Source: Alphaproteobacteria bacterium (lineage in GTDB: Bacteria > Pseudomonadota > Alphaproteobacteria > SHVV01). From it: a stretch of 64,000 bases of DNA. The translations under genes were made by a program, and so were the position numbers. The stretch spans positions 480,001-544,000 of the forward strand of contig OZ253470.1 in assembly GCA_965261735.1 (NCBI GenBank), given 5' to 3'. Every line of letters begins with the position of its first letter. The stretch's first letter is position 1. Under the pieces are notes generated by a model, which saw only the letters and a program-made list of their open reading frames with translations, was not told the DNA's origin and ran no database searches. Shown one piece after another: positions 20,843-32,172 of the stretch.

Positions 20843-23434
20843 ATGGACGTCGTCGTCGTCGAGTCCCCGGCCAAGGCCAAAACGATCAACAAGTACCTCG
20901 GCGCTGACTTCATCGTCCTGCCGAGCTACGGCCACGTGCGCGATCTGCCCCCGCGTGAAGGCTCTGTGCGTCCCGACGACGACTTCGCGATGACGTACGA
21001 GATCGACCCCAAGGCCGACAAGCACCTCGGCGCCATCGCGCGCGCGGCGCGCGGCGCGCAGCACCTCTACCTCGCCACCGACCCCGACCGCGAAGGCGAA
21101 GCCATCTCGTGGCACGTGCTCAAGGCCCTTGAGGAGCGCGACGCGACCAAGGGCGTGGCCGTCAAGCGTGTCGTCTTCAACGAGATCACCGAACGCGCCG
21201 TGCTCGAAGCGATGCGCCACCCACGCGATCTCGACCTCGACCTGATCAACGCCCAGCAGGCGCGCCGGGCGCTCGACTACCTCGTCGGCTTCGGGTTGTC
21301 GCCGGTGCTATGGCGCAAGCTGCCGGGGGCCCGCTCGGCCGGGCGCGTGCAGTCGGTCGCACTGCGGCTCATCTGCGATCGGGCGCTCGAGATCGAAGCC
21401 TTCGTACGCCAGGAGTACTGGACCATCGACGCCGACTTTCGCACGGCGGATGGCGTCTCCTTCGGCGCCCGGCTGGTCACCCTCGCGGACACCAAGCTCG
21501 ACAAGTTCGCGCTAACCGACGAGGCCGCCGCCGAGGCCGCGGTCGCCGAGATCACAGGCGCGGCGGGCTTTGGCGTCTCGGCCGTCGAGTCCAAGGAGCG
21601 CGCGCGCCACCCGCGGCCGCCCTTCACGACCTCGACCCTTCAGCAGGAGGCGTCGCGCAAGCTCGGACTGCGGCCGCGGCGCACCATGGACATCGCCCAG
21701 CGGCTCTACGAGGGCATCGATATCGGCAGCGGTACCGTTGGCCTGATCACCTATATGCGTACCGACGGTGTCCAGATCGCGCGCGAGGCGACCGCGGCTG
21801 CGCGGGGCGTCATCGGCGAGGCCTACGGCGCCGCCTACGTTCCCGATCAGCCGCGCGGCTACAAGAGCACTGCCCGCAATGCGCAGGAAGCCCATGAGGC
21901 GATCCGGCCGACCGGCGTCGAGCGCCGGCCCGAGCACCTCGCCCGCTATCTCGACGCAGACCAGCGGCGACTCTACGAGCTGATTTGGAAGCGCACGGTG
22001 GCGAGCCAAATGGCGAGCGCGCGCATCGGCCTGACCGCCATCGACATCGCCGACGCGAGCGGCCGATGCGCGTTTCGTACGACCGGCTCCGTCATCCTCT
22101 TCGACGGCTTCCTGCGGCTCTACCAGGAGGGGCGGGACGACGTCGGCGAGGACGAGGACCAGAAGGAACTGCCGCAGGTCGCGGCCGGCGACGCCCTCGA
22201 GCGGGAGGGCGTCCGCCCGAGCCAGCATTTCACCGAGCCGCCGCCGCGCTACACGGAAGCGACGCTGGTCAAGCGGCTCGAGGAGCTCGGCATCGGCCGG
22301 CCTTCGACCTACGCGAGCATCCTGTCGGTGCTCCAGGAGCGCGACTACGTGCGGCTCGAGAAGGGCCGCTTCGAGCCCGAAGACCGCGGGCGCCTCGTCA
22401 CCGCGTTCCTCGGCGAGTTCTTTAGGCGCTACGTCGAGTACGACTTCACCGCCGACCTCGAGACGAGGCTCGACGACATTTCGGCCGGCAAGGTTGCGTG
22501 GACGCAGGTGCTGCGGGACTTCTGGCAGGACTTCAAGCCGGCGATCGAGGGCATGGGCGAGGTGCGCGTGCGTGACGTTCTCGAGGCCCTCAACGAGATT
22601 CTCGGACCGCACATCTTCCCGGCGCGCGACTCGGAACCCGATCCCAGGCGATGCCCCTCCTGCGCCGAAGGCCGGCTCAGCCTGAAGGTCGGCCGCTATG
22701 GCGCCTTCGTCGGCTGCTCCAACTACCCCGAGTGCCGCCATACGCGACGCCTCGCCTTGGGCGAAGGCGGCGCCGAGGCGGCGGCCGACGAGGGCCCGCG
22801 AGAGATCGGGCAAGATCCCGAGAGCGGTGCGGTCGTGACCCTGCGTCAGGGTCCGTATGGCCCCTACGTTCAGCTCGGCGACGGCGATGGCGGGAGCAAG
22901 CCGAAACGGGTCGCGCTGCCGCCGACGATCGCGCTTGACGAGGTCGACCTCGGACGCGCTCTGGCGCTCTTGGCGCTTCCGCGCGAAATCGGACACCACC
23001 CCGAGAGCGGCAAGACGATCAGCGCGGGCATCGGGCGCTATGGCCCCTACCTTCGCCACGACGGCGCTTACGCGGGGCTCGGCGCCGACGACGACGTCCT
23101 CACGATCGGCCTCAACCGCGCCGTGACCTTGCTCGCCGCACCGCGCGGGCGCGGCGGCCGGGGCAACCAGCTCGTGCGCAGCCTTGGCGATCACCCCAGC
23201 GACGGCAAGCCCGTCAACCTCATGAAGGGACGCTTCGGGCTCTACGTGACCCACGGCGGGGTCAACGCCGGACTGCCCAAAGAAAGCGAGGGCGACGAGA
23301 TTGCGCTCGACGAGGCGGTCGCGCTGGTGCAGGCCCGGGCCAGCGCCAAGGGAGGCCGGCGCACACGCAAGCCGGCTAAGGGCGCCACGCGCCGCCGTCG
23401 AGGAACCGGTGGCGGCAGCGCCACGCCCCGCTAG
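20843..23434 (+). CDS. topA: DNA topoisomerase I
   Basis: VVESPAKAKTI, ATDPDREGEAI, SAGRVQS, LITYMRTD, zinc ribbon and C-terminal repeats. Confidence 0.97.
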   Translation: MDVVVVESPAKAKTINKYLGADFIVLPSYGHVRDLPPREGSVRPDDDFAMTYEIDPKADKHLGAIARAARGAQHLYLATDPDREGEAISWHVLKALEERDATKGVAVKRVVFNEITERAVLEAMRHPRDLDLDLINAQQARRALDYLVGFGLSPVLWRKLPGARSAGRVQSVALRLICDRALEIEAFVRQEYWTIDADFRTADGVSFGARLVTLADTKLDKFALTDEAAAEAAVAEITGAAGFGVSAVESKERARHPRPPFTTSTLQQEASRKLGLRPRRTMDIAQRLYEGIDIGSGTVGLITYMRTDGVQIAREATAAARGVIGEAYGAAYVPDQPRGYKSTARNAQEAHEAIRPTGVERRPEHLARYLDADQRRLYELIWKRTVASQMASARIGLTAIDIADASGRCAFRTTGSVILFDGFLRLYQEGRDDVGEDEDQKELPQVAAGDALEREGVRPSQHFTEPPPRYTEATLVKRLEELGIGRPSTYASILSVLQERDYVRLEKGRFEPEDRGRLVTAFLGEFFRRYVEYDFTADLETRLDDISAGKVAWTQVLRDFWQDFKPAIEGMGEVRVRDVLEALNEILGPHIFPARDSEPDPRRCPSCAEGRLSLKVGRYGAFVGCSNYPECRHTRRLALGEGGAEAAADEGPREIGQDPESGAVVTLRQGPYGPYVQLGDGDGGSKPKRVALPPTIALDEVDLGRALALLALPREIGHHPESGKTISAGIGRYGPYLRHDGAYAGLGADDDVLTIGLNRAVTLLAAPRGRGGRGNQLVRSLGDHPSDGKPVNLMKGRFGLYVTHGGVNAGLPKESEGDEIALDEAVALVQARASAKGGRRTRKPAKGATRRRRGTGGGSATPR

Positions 23435-23449
23435 GGCGGACCACATCGT

Positions 23450-25684
23450 TTGACGCGCTCTCGCGCCAACGAGCCGGCGCCGCTACCAACGCGGGAACAG
23501 CTCCTACGCTTTATCGGCGAGCGGGGCGGCCGCGTCGACAAGCGCGAGATCGGGCGCGCCTTCAACGTCCGGGCCGCCGATCGCGGTGCGTTGCGGGCCC
23601 TGCTTAAGGACCTCGTCGACCAAGGCGCGGTCGAGCGCGGCCCGGGCCGGGGGGTTCGCGCCGCGGCGGAGCTCCCCCAAGTGGGCGTGGTCGAGATCAT
23701 CGATACGGATGTCGACGGCGAGGTCTACGCCCGTCCGGTGGCCTGGCGCGGCGAGGCGGCGGCGCCCCGAATCGTTCTTGTTCCCGACCGTCGACTGACG
23801 CGCACCGCGCCGGGTATCGGCGAGCGCGTGTTGGCGCGCCTGACCAAGATCGAAGACGGCCTCTACGAGGCCCGCGCCATGCGCCTACTGGGCACCGCCC
23901 GGCGCGAAGTCCTCGGGGTCTACGAGGTGGTTGGCGGGCGCGGCCGGCTGAGGCCCACGGACCGCAAGCTGCGCCAGGAGTACGATGTCTCGGCCGCCGA
24001 CTCGCACGGGGCCGAGCCCGGAGAGGTGGTGCTCGCCGAGGCCGCCGGGGGGCGTCGCAAGGGGTTGCCCTGTGCCCGTATCACCGAGCGCCTCGGGCAT
24101 ATGGGCGCGCCGCGCTCGTTCAGCCTGATCGCCATGCATACACATGGCATACGCGCCTCCTTCGACGAGCGCGAGCTCGCGGCCGCCGCCGTCGCCAAGC
24201 CCGCCCCGCCCGCGGGGCGCGCCGACTTGACCGACATTCCGCTCATCACGATCGATCCCGACGATGCCCGCGACTTCGATGACGCCGTGTGGGCCGAGCC
24301 TGATCCCAGCCCCGACAACCCTGGCGGCTGGCACATCCTCGTCGCCATCGCCGATGTCGCCCACTTCGTCACGCCCGATAGCGTGCTCGACCGCGCGGCG
24401 CGGGAACGCGGCTTTTCGGTCTACTTTCCGGACCGCGTGGTTCCCATGCTCCCCGAGGCGCTGTCGTCCGACCTGTGCTCACTCAAGCCGGGCGAGCCGC
24501 GGTCCTGCCTCGCCGTCCACCTGTGGTTCGACTCCTCGGGCCGCAAGCGCCGCCACACCTTCGTGCGCGCCATCATGCGCTCGGCCGCGCGCCTCACCTA
24601 CCGGCAGATGGCCGACGCGCACCAGGGACGCCCGGACGCCGATACCGGGCCGCTTGCCGATACCGTGATCGCACCGCTCTACGCGGCCTACGATACGCTC
24701 ACGCGAGCCCGCACGCGGCGCCAACCGCTCGATATCGCGCTGCCCGAGCGCGAGGTCCGGATTGGCCCGGACGGTCGAATTGCGGCGGTCAGCGAGCGCC
24801 AGGTGCACGACAGCAACAAGCTGATCGAGGAGCTGATGATACAGGCCAACGTCGCGGCGGCGGAGAGCCTGGAGGCAGCCAAGACGCCCTGCATGTACCG
24901 GGTGCACGAGCCGCCGGATCGCGAGCGGGTGGCCGCGCTGAGCGGTTTCCTCGCCACCCTGGGCTATCGTCTGCCGCGCGGCGAAACCCTCAGGCCGGCG
25001 CTCTTCAATCGCGTCCTCACCAAGGCTCGGGGCACGCCCCACGATCACCTCGTCAACGAGGTCATCCTGCGGTGTCAGGCGCGCGCGCTGTATGACCCCG
25101 ACAATCTCGGACATTTCGGGCTCAACCTTAAGCGCTACGCCCACTTTACCTCGCCCATCCGCCGCTATGCGGATCTCCTCGTCCACCGCGCGCTGATCTC
25201 CGCCCTCGGTCTCGGCGCCGGCGGCCTCGGCCCCGAGGCCAGCGATTTCGCCGTCATCGGTGAGCACATCTCGGCCGCGGAGCGGCGCGCCACCGCCGCC
25301 GAGCGCGAGGCTCTCGACCGCTTTACGGCGGCCTATATGGCGGACCGCGTGGGCGGATCGTTCACCGGTCGTATTTCAGGCGTGTCCCGATTTGGGCTCT
25401 TTGTCGCCCTGCCCGAAACGGGCGCCGAGGGGATCGTGCCCATGCGCCTCCTCGCGGACGATTATTACCGGCACGACGAGGCGGGCCATGCTCTTGTCGG
25501 CCGGGCCACGAGCCGCAGGTACCGCCTCGGCGACCTGGTCGAGGTGCGCCTCGCCGCCGCCGACTCGATCACCGGCAGCCTGCTGTTCGAGCTCGTCGCC
25601 GACCGCGGGCTCGATCCGCTGCCGTCGCCGAGGCGAGGGCGACCGCCAAAGAAGCAGGTGGCCGCGCGGAGGCAACGCAGATGA
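23450..25684 (+). CDS. rnr: Ribonuclease R
   Basis: TIDPDDARDFDDA, HFTSPIRRYADL, C-terminal S1 domain. Confidence 0.95.
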   Translation: MTRSRANEPAPLPTREQLLRFIGERGGRVDKREIGRAFNVRAADRGALRALLKDLVDQGAVERGPGRGVRAAAELPQVGVVEIIDTDVDGEVYARPVAWRGEAAAPRIVLVPDRRLTRTAPGIGERVLARLTKIEDGLYEARAMRLLGTARREVLGVYEVVGGRGRLRPTDRKLRQEYDVSAADSHGAEPGEVVLAEAAGGRRKGLPCARITERLGHMGAPRSFSLIAMHTHGIRASFDERELAAAAVAKPAPPAGRADLTDIPLITIDPDDARDFDDAVWAEPDPSPDNPGGWHILVAIADVAHFVTPDSVLDRAARERGFSVYFPDRVVPMLPEALSSDLCSLKPGEPRSCLAVHLWFDSSGRKRRHTFVRAIMRSAARLTYRQMADAHQGRPDADTGPLADTVIAPLYAAYDTLTRARTRRQPLDIALPEREVRIGPDGRIAAVSERQVHDSNKLIEELMIQANVAAAESLEAAKTPCMYRVHEPPDRERVAALSGFLATLGYRLPRGETLRPALFNRVLTKARGTPHDHLVNEVILRCQARALYDPDNLGHFGLNLKRYAHFTSPIRRYADLLVHRALISALGLGAGGLGPEASDFAVIGEHISAAERRATAAEREALDRFTAAYMADRVGGSFTGRISGVSRFGLFVALPETGAEGIVPMRLLADDYYRHDEAGHALVGRATSRRYRLGDLVEVRLAAADSITGSLLFELVADRGLDPLPSPRRGRPPKKQVAARRQRR

Positions 25685-25727
25685 GGGCGCATCACGCGCC
25701 GCGGCGGCCCGCGCGCGGGGCCGCCTG

Positions 25728-26396
25728 ATGGCGGCCGCCGCCCCGCGCCCGCGGGACGCGGCCACGCTCGTGCTGTTTCGCCGTCGTCGCGGCGCGACCG
25801 AAATATTGATGGGCCGGCGGCGGCAGCGCGCCGCCTTCATGCCCGGCTTCTACGTCTTTCCCGGCGGCCGGCTCGACCCTGCCGACGCGCGCGCCCGAGC
25901 CGCAAGCGAGTTGCGCGAGGACGTGATGGCGCAGCTACTGCCGTTTGCGTCGCGGCGCCGGTCGCGCGCCCTGGCGATGGCGGCCGTGCGCGAGACCTTC
26001 GAGGAGACCGGCCTCGTCCTCGGGCGACCGGGCATCCGCCAGGGCGTGGACGCCCCGCCGGCCTGGCAGGCATTCGACCGCACCGGCCTCGCGCCTGCAC
26101 TCGACGTGCTCGATTATGTCGGCCGTGCCATCACGCCGCCAGGCCAGCCGCGCCGCTTCCACGCGCGCTTTTTCATTGCCGATTCGACGCACCTGCGCGG
26201 CACGCTCACCCATGGCGGCGAGCTCCTCGACCTCGGATTCATTGCCGCCGAGGTCGCGCGCGAGCTGCCGACGGCCTCGATCACGAGATTCGTCCTGGCG
26301 GGCATCGAGGGCCTCCTCGCGGCAACGGGCGATCCCGGTGCGCGACCACCCCCGTTCGCGTTCGTCAACCGGCGGCCTCGACTTACCCCGGTGTGA
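25728..26396 (+). CDS. NUDIX hydrolase
   Basis: RDAATL, FMPG.YVFPGG, AVRETFEETG, RRFHARFF. Confidence 0.88.
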   Translation: MAAAAPRPRDAATLVLFRRRRGATEILMGRRRQRAAFMPGFYVFPGGRLDPADARARAASELREDVMAQLLPFASRRRSRALAMAAVRETFEETGLVLGRPGIRQGVDAPPAWQAFDRTGLAPALDVLDYVGRAITPPGQPRRFHARFFIADSTHLRGTLTHGGELLDLGFIAAEVARELPTASITRFVLAGIEGLLAATGDPGARPPPFAFVNRRPRLTPV

Positions 26397-26478
26397 CGCG
26401 CCGCTCGACCCTTGACTTGGGGTTGCGGCCGCGTATGTTCACCGACGACGACATCGACGAGCGGCGGGGAGCGCACCC

Positions 26479-26646
26479 ATGGCCAAGCCGACGACCATTA
26501 AGATCAAAATGGTGAGCAGCGCGGAGACGGGCTACTACTACGTGACCAAGAAGAACGCTCGCACGCAGACGGACAAGCTCGAGATGCGCCGCTACGACCC
26601 GGTCGCGCGCAAGCACGTCCTGTTCAAGGAAACGAAGATCAAGTAG
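26479..26646 (+). CDS. rpmG: 50S ribosomal protein L33 (non-zinc type; not in ORF track)
   Basis: [26 protein letters not shown]...[23 protein letters not shown]; TTGACT-16-TATGTT upstream. Confidence 0.96.
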   Translation: MAKPTTIKIKMVSSAETGYYYVTKKNARTQTDKLEMRRYDPVARKHVLFKETKIK

Positions 26647-26698
26647 CAGGCTTCGGCGCCGCGGCAACGAGGGCGGCCGCCGCGGGCGGCCGTTTGCT

Positions 26699-29480
26699 TT
26701 ACGCCGGTGCGGCCGCGGTAACGATCCTGTTGCGCCCGCTCCGCTTGGCGTCGATGAGGGCGCGGTCGGCGCGGCCAAGGAGTTCCTTGCCTTCCTCCTG
26801 CGCGCCCTCGGTGGCGGCAACGCCGATGCTGACGGTCACCGAAATCGCCGCGCCCCCGGGAGCGACCACGAACGGCTCGTCGGCGATCTGGCTACGCAGG
26901 CGCTCGGCGACGGACTTCGCCACCTCGAGGTCGGTGTCCGGCATGGTGACGACAAACTCCTCGCCGCCGTAGCGAGACGCAAGGTCGAGGCCGCGGACGT
27001 TGCGCGCGATACGCTGGCCGAACTCGGCCAGCACCTTGTCGCCGACAAGGTGCCCATGGGTGTCGTTAATCACCTTGAAGAAGTCGATATCGAGAAAGGG
27101 GACCGCGACAGGCTTGCCCTCGCCGCGGACCCGGCGCACCAGATTGTCGAGGTGGGTTTCCAGGTAGTTGCGGTTATGCAGGCCGGTCAAGTTGTCGGTC
27201 ACCGCCATCACCATGCTGTGGTGATAGTTGGCGCGAAGGCGGTCCTGGTAGCGCTTGCGGCGGATCTGCGCGCGCGCCCGCACCACGAGCTCATTGCGGT
27301 CGATCGGCTTGGTCACGTAGTCGTTGACCCCGATCTCCAGGGCCCGCACCAGCGCTTCGGTGTCGTCGCCGTCGACGAGTGCGACGAGGGACGCCTGGCG
27401 GGCCCGATCGGCGACGCGCAGCCGCGAGCACAATCTGAGGCCGTCGGCGCCGCGGTGGAGCAGGCTCACGATGATCAGGTCGAAAACGCTCTCGCCGCCG
27501 AGCGCCACCGCCTTGTCGCCGTCGGGTTCGACTTTGACGTCGCCGAACGGCGCCAGTGATTTGGCGACAAGCGCCCCGTCCGCCCTGCTGTCGTCGACTA
27601 CGAGCACGCGCGCTCCGTTGCCGCTGTCGGCCACCAGGTCGATTGCCTGATCGAGGACTCCGAGGCTGTGTCTCGAAAGTGGTGGAAATTTGAGGATGGC
27701 GTAATCTCCGGGTGACAAGACAACCACCCAATCGGCGGCTAGCACCGCCAAGGAGATCACGCCATGAAGAACACTACCGAGACTTCCGCGCTTTCGCTAC
27801 TGGCCAATGACGCCGGCTATGATCCGCTCGAGGACCGGCTGCGGGAGAACATCAGATCCACGATCGAGGCCGTTTTTGAGGAGGAACTTGCGCAGTTTCT
27901 CGGGCGCTGCCGATACGGTCGAGAGGACGCGCTTCGGCAAGGGTATCGGAACGGGCACCGGGAGCGGCAACTGACGGGGACATTCGGGACCGAGAGGGTG
28001 AGCGTGCCGCGTGCGCGGATCGTTGAGGAAGACGGTCGGGCGTCGGAATGGCGTTCGCGGGCGCTGCCGCGCTACCAGCGGCTGACCAGAAAGGCCGAGG
28101 CGCTGATCGCTTCGGTGTATCTGTCCGGAACCAACACGCGGCGGGTGAAACGCGCGCTGTTCGGGCTCTTCCGGGGTGCTGTGAGCAAGGACGTTGTGAG
28201 CCGGGCGTGGCGCAAGGTGAAGGTCGATTGGGACGCCTGGTGCAGCCGTGGCCTCGCGGATGAGGATATCGTTCGGCTGATCCTTGACGGCACTGTGATC
28301 AAGACCCGACTGGACCGCAAGGCCACCAACATCTCGGTTCTCGCGGCTATAGGGGTGCGCCGGGATGGCCAGAAGGTCTTGCTTTCGATCGGGAATATGG
28401 GCGGAGAAAGCCAGGCGGCGTGGCGCCAGTTCCTCGACGACCTTGATGCGCGTGGACTGAAACGGCCCGGGTTTGTCATCGTCGATGGCGCGCCGGGACT
28501 GGAGGCGGCTCTGTCGGCGCTTTGGGGCGATGACCTTCCCGTTCAACGCTGCACCGTGCACAAGCACCGCAACCTTCTGGGTCATGCTCCCAAACACATG
28601 CATGACGAGCTGAGCGAAGATTACCGCGATATGATCTATGCCGACACTGCCTCCGAGGTGGAAACCCGCCGCAAGGCGTTTGTCCGCAAGTGGCGGCTGA
28701 AATGCAGGGCCGTCGCGGACAGCCTCGCAGAAGCGGGCGACAAGCTCTTTACCTTCACGCGCCTGTCCAAGAGCCAATGGAAATCAGCCCGAACGACCAA
28801 CGCCATTGAGCGTCTCAACGAGGAGTTCAAGCGCCGGATCAAAACACAGACCGTGCTGCCGTGTCCCGAAACAGTGCCGATGCTCCTCTGGGCACTCCTC
28901 GCTTCCGGCCAAATCCAGATGCGCAAAGTCGATGGATGGGAAACCCTCGATCAGCTAATCGCCGACGAAACCCTTGACCGCGCAGCCTGACCGCCGCAAA
29001 ACTCAACCCGCTCGGAGAGGCGCCAAAACCAATTTCCACCACTTTCGAGACACAACCGACTCCGAGCTGGGCCACGGTCTGCTCGCGCAGCGTCAATTCA
29101 TCCATCATCAACTTGAGCCGGACCAGCGAGCGCACCCGCGCGAAGAGCGCCACGTCGTTTACGGGCTTGGTGAGAAAGTCGTCGGCACCCGCCTCGAGCC
29201 CGCGAACCCGATCGCTGGGCTGATCGAGGCCGGTAATCATAACCACCGGTAGGTGCGCGCTGTTGCGCTCCGACTTGATCCGGCGGCAGACGTCGAAACC
29301 GTCCATGCCCGGCAGCATCACGTCGAGCAGCACGATATCCGGAGAATCCGCCTCGATAAGGTCGAGCGCTTCCTCACCGGCGCGGGCCGTGCCGACATCG
29401 AAATACTCGGCCCGCAGCTTCGCCGTTAGAAGCTCAGTGGTCGGCAAGTCGTCCTCGACCACCAGGACGCGCGCCAGCAT
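26699..29480 (-). pseudogene. pleD: PleD response regulator/diguanylate cyclase interrupted by IS256
   Basis: REC (LLDVMLPGMDG, DDFLTKP), REC2 and GGEEF; halves rejoin in frame (VAQLGVLDQAI) when the IS and one TSD are removed. Confidence 0.93.
27664..29057 (+). mobile_element. IS256-family element A, copy 1 (transposase 27764-28990)
   Basis: IRs GGCTGTGTCTCGAAAGTGGTGGAAATT / AATTTCCACCACTTTCGAGACACAACC; 8-bp TSD GACTCCGA; QRC.VH, TTNAIERLN. Confidence 0.95.
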
Positions 29481-29547
29481 CGTTTTTAGCCGTTAGCGGC
29501 TAGAGCCGTGCCACGGGCAGGCAAGTGGCGGCAGGCGCGGCTCACAC

Positions 29548-31032
29548 CTAGTCCCCGTCGGTGAATCGTCGGATCGTCTCGATCAGCTCGTCGATCCGTA
29601 TGGGCTTGGCAATATAGGCCTCGCAGCCGCCGCTGAGGATTCTGTCCTCGTCGCCCTTCATGGCGAACGCCGTCACCGCCACGACCGGAATGTCCTTGAG
29701 CTCGGGATCCTCCTTGCTTGCCTATCCGGTTAACGCCCATGACCGCTACATGTAGGGTGCCGCCACTCTCCCGAGTAAAGCTCGGCATAGGTTGGAGCAG
29801 AGGTGTCGCCCGCGATGCCGAGCAATGAGCGGAAGGCGTTGAACGGGTAGAACCGCCTGTTGAAGCGGAAGGTGAACTCGTTGAGGTAGGCTTGTAGGTG
29901 CTGGTGGCTAACGCCGTGGTGGATACCGATCAGCCACGTCTTCAGGTTGGCGAAAACCAGATGGATGATCGGCAGGTATTGCTCGGCAACCTCTGGATCA
30001 CCACACTCGGCAACAGCGAAGTGCTCATAGCCGCGCTTACCGAGGCCAGCATAGCCGCTCCAATCGTCAGTAACGATCAGCGATCGCGGCGCGACGGTGC
30101 TCTCGACGAACCCACAGAGCGACTCGGCGCTACGGTCGAGCACGACGGCGAGCCGAACGCGTCCGGCATAGCGTCCGTCTTTCCGGTTGTCGAGCTTGGT
30201 GCCCGGCTTTCGATGACGCACCTCGATGGCACAGGAGACGGGAACCTTGTGGTGAACACCACGGCCTTCCCCACGCGTTCGCCCGCCAACCCAGGTTTCG
30301 TCCACCTCAACATGGTTCTTGGGCTGTCCACCGATCCTGTCTTGGTTGGGCCGCACCATGCCCGAGCGGAGCTTGTGGAGAATTTGAAAGGCCGTCTCGT
30401 AGCGCGAAAGACCAAGTTACCGCTGAAACTGCACGGCGGACATGCCGGGCGTCTGACTGGCGACCAGATAAGCGGCCCAGAACCAGACGTTCAGCAGAGT
30501 GTGGCTACGCTCCATCACTGTTCCCACCGTCAGCCCGGTGTTCTGGCGGCACTTGCGGCAGCGCAGGACGCCAGGGCGGTTTTCAAAGTGGAACGGCTCT
30601 CCCGCCGTGCCGCAGTGCGGGCAGGCAAAGCCGTCTCCCCAGCGGGCTTTCTCCAGGTAGGCGGCGCAGGCCGCATCATCGGGGAAAAGTCGCTGGAACT
30701 CGGGTAGCGAATGCGGGAATGGGAGATCGGCGCGGTCGAGAACATCCATGGCGCGCTCCCCTATATCCGGGTTGCGCCCATTCTAGCCCTAGTGGGTGTG
30801 GGTGTAAACCGGATAGGCAAGCCTCCTTGATCATCTTGGTTATCTCGAGGCCCGAGATGCCGGGTAGCTGAATATCCATGAGGATCAGGTCGGTCGGGTT
30901 GTCGCGGGCGAGGGCGATCGCCTCGAGGCCACCGCGCGTCTGCACCGTCTGATAGCCGTGGGCCTCCAGGACATCCTGGAAGAGCTTCATGTTGAGCTCG
31001 TTGTCTTCGACGATGAGGACTGTTTTGGACAT
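29548..31032 (-). pseudogene. divK: DivK single-domain response regulator interrupted by IS1595
   Basis: [18 protein letters not shown]...LMDIQLP...MIKE | [34 protein letters not shown]; directly upstream of pleD. Confidence 0.93.
29717..30821 (-). mobile_element. IS1595-family element, copy 2 (nonsense mutation in transposase)
   Basis: 1105 bp, same IRs, 8-bp TSD CCTCCTTG; CAA>TAA at 30417-30419. Confidence 0.95.
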
Positions 31033-31139
31033 ATATGACGCCGTTCCTACACCATACGGGCGGCCACGCCACCTGAGGTGGCGGAAGTCGTTTTCCGACC
31101 GGGCGCGGTGGCCGGCCGGGTGAATCGTAGGTGGGTGAG

Positions 31140-31155
31140 GTTAACATGTGATTGA
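31140..31155 (-). promoter_or_regulatory. Putative CtrA box upstream of divK
   Basis: TCAA-N7-TTAAC on minus strand, one mismatch to TTAA-N7-TTAAC. Confidence 0.5.
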
Positions 31156-31239
31156 GTGTGGCGAGCAACGCAAGGGAAGCGGCCGAGCGATGCCGCCGGA
31201 CGTCGATAGTGTGGCGACCTCCTGGCCTCGGGGTTGAGG

Positions 31240-32172
31240 ATGCGCATCGGGGTGGATCTCGGCGGTACCAAGATCGAGGCCATCGCCATTGATGGGAGCG
31301 GGCGCGAACGGGGGCGTCGGCGCGTGGCCACGCCCGTCGGCGACTACGCGGGCACGATTCGCGCCGTCGCGGCCGTGGTGCAAGCGATCGAGAGTGAGTG
31401 CGGTGCCCAGGGCACGATCGGCGTTGCCATTCCGGGAACGATGTCGCCGGCCTCGGGCCTCGTCAAGAACGCCAACTCGACTTGGCTCATCGGCAAGGCG
31501 CTCGATACCGATCTTGCCGCCGCGCTCGCCCGCCCAGTGCGCATCGCCAACGACGCCAACTGCTTTGCCCTCTCCGAGGCCGTTGACGGTGCGGGCGCGG
31601 GCACCCGCGTGGTGTTCGGCGTCATCGTCGGCACCGGCACCGGCGGCGGCATCGTTGTCGATGGCCAGGTGCTTGTGGGCGCTAACGCCATCGCCGGCGA
31701 GTGGGGACACAATCCGCTGCCCTGGCCACGCCACGAGGAATGGCCGGGGCCGCAGTGCTATTGCGGCAAGACCGGGTGCATCGAGACCTTCCTATCGGGA
31801 GCGGGGCTCGTGCGCGCCTACCGCGAAGCCGGCGGGAAGGAGGGCGAGGCCGAGGCGATCGCGGCGCGGGCCGCGGCCGGGGAGGCCCCGGCGGTAGCCG
31901 CGCTGGCGTGCTACGAGGACCGGATGGCCCGCGCCCTCGCCAGCGTTCTCAACCTACTCGATCCCGATGTCGTCGTGCTGGGCGGAGGCTTGTCGAACAT
32001 CGCCGCGCTGTATGACGCGGTGCCGCGTCTGTGGGGTGCCTTCGGCTTCTCCGACCGCATAGCGACGCCCCTGGTGCCGGCGCGCCACGGCGATTCGAGC
32101 GGCGTCCGCGGTGCCGCCTGGCTGTGGCCCACGCCCGCGGCCGACTCTAGCAGTGGACCGGAAGCTCACTGA
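31240..32172 (+). CDS. ROK-family sugar kinase (Mak/fructokinase-like)
   Basis: GVDLGGTKIE, ANDANCFALSE, GTGTGGG, GEWGH, CYCG..GCIE. Confidence 0.9.
   Translation: MRIGVDLGGTKIEAIAIDGSGRERGRRRVATPVGDYAGTIRAVAAVVQAIESECGAQGTIGVAIPGTMSPASGLVKNANSTWLIGKALDTDLAAALARPVRIANDANCFALSEAVDGAGAGTRVVFGVIVGTGTGGGIVVDGQVLVGANAIAGEWGHNPLPWPRHEEWPGPQCYCGKTGCIETFLSGAGLVRAYREAGGKEGEAEAIAARAAAGEAPAVAALACYEDRMARALASVLNLLDPDVVVLGGGLSNIAALYDAVPRLWGAFGFSDRIATPLVPARHGDSSGVRGAAWLWPTPAADSSSGPEAH

Noticed and set aside
21512-23446. 644-aa antisense ORF over topA and similar shadow ORFs
   Set aside because: Expected from high-GC codon bias; no motifs of their own.
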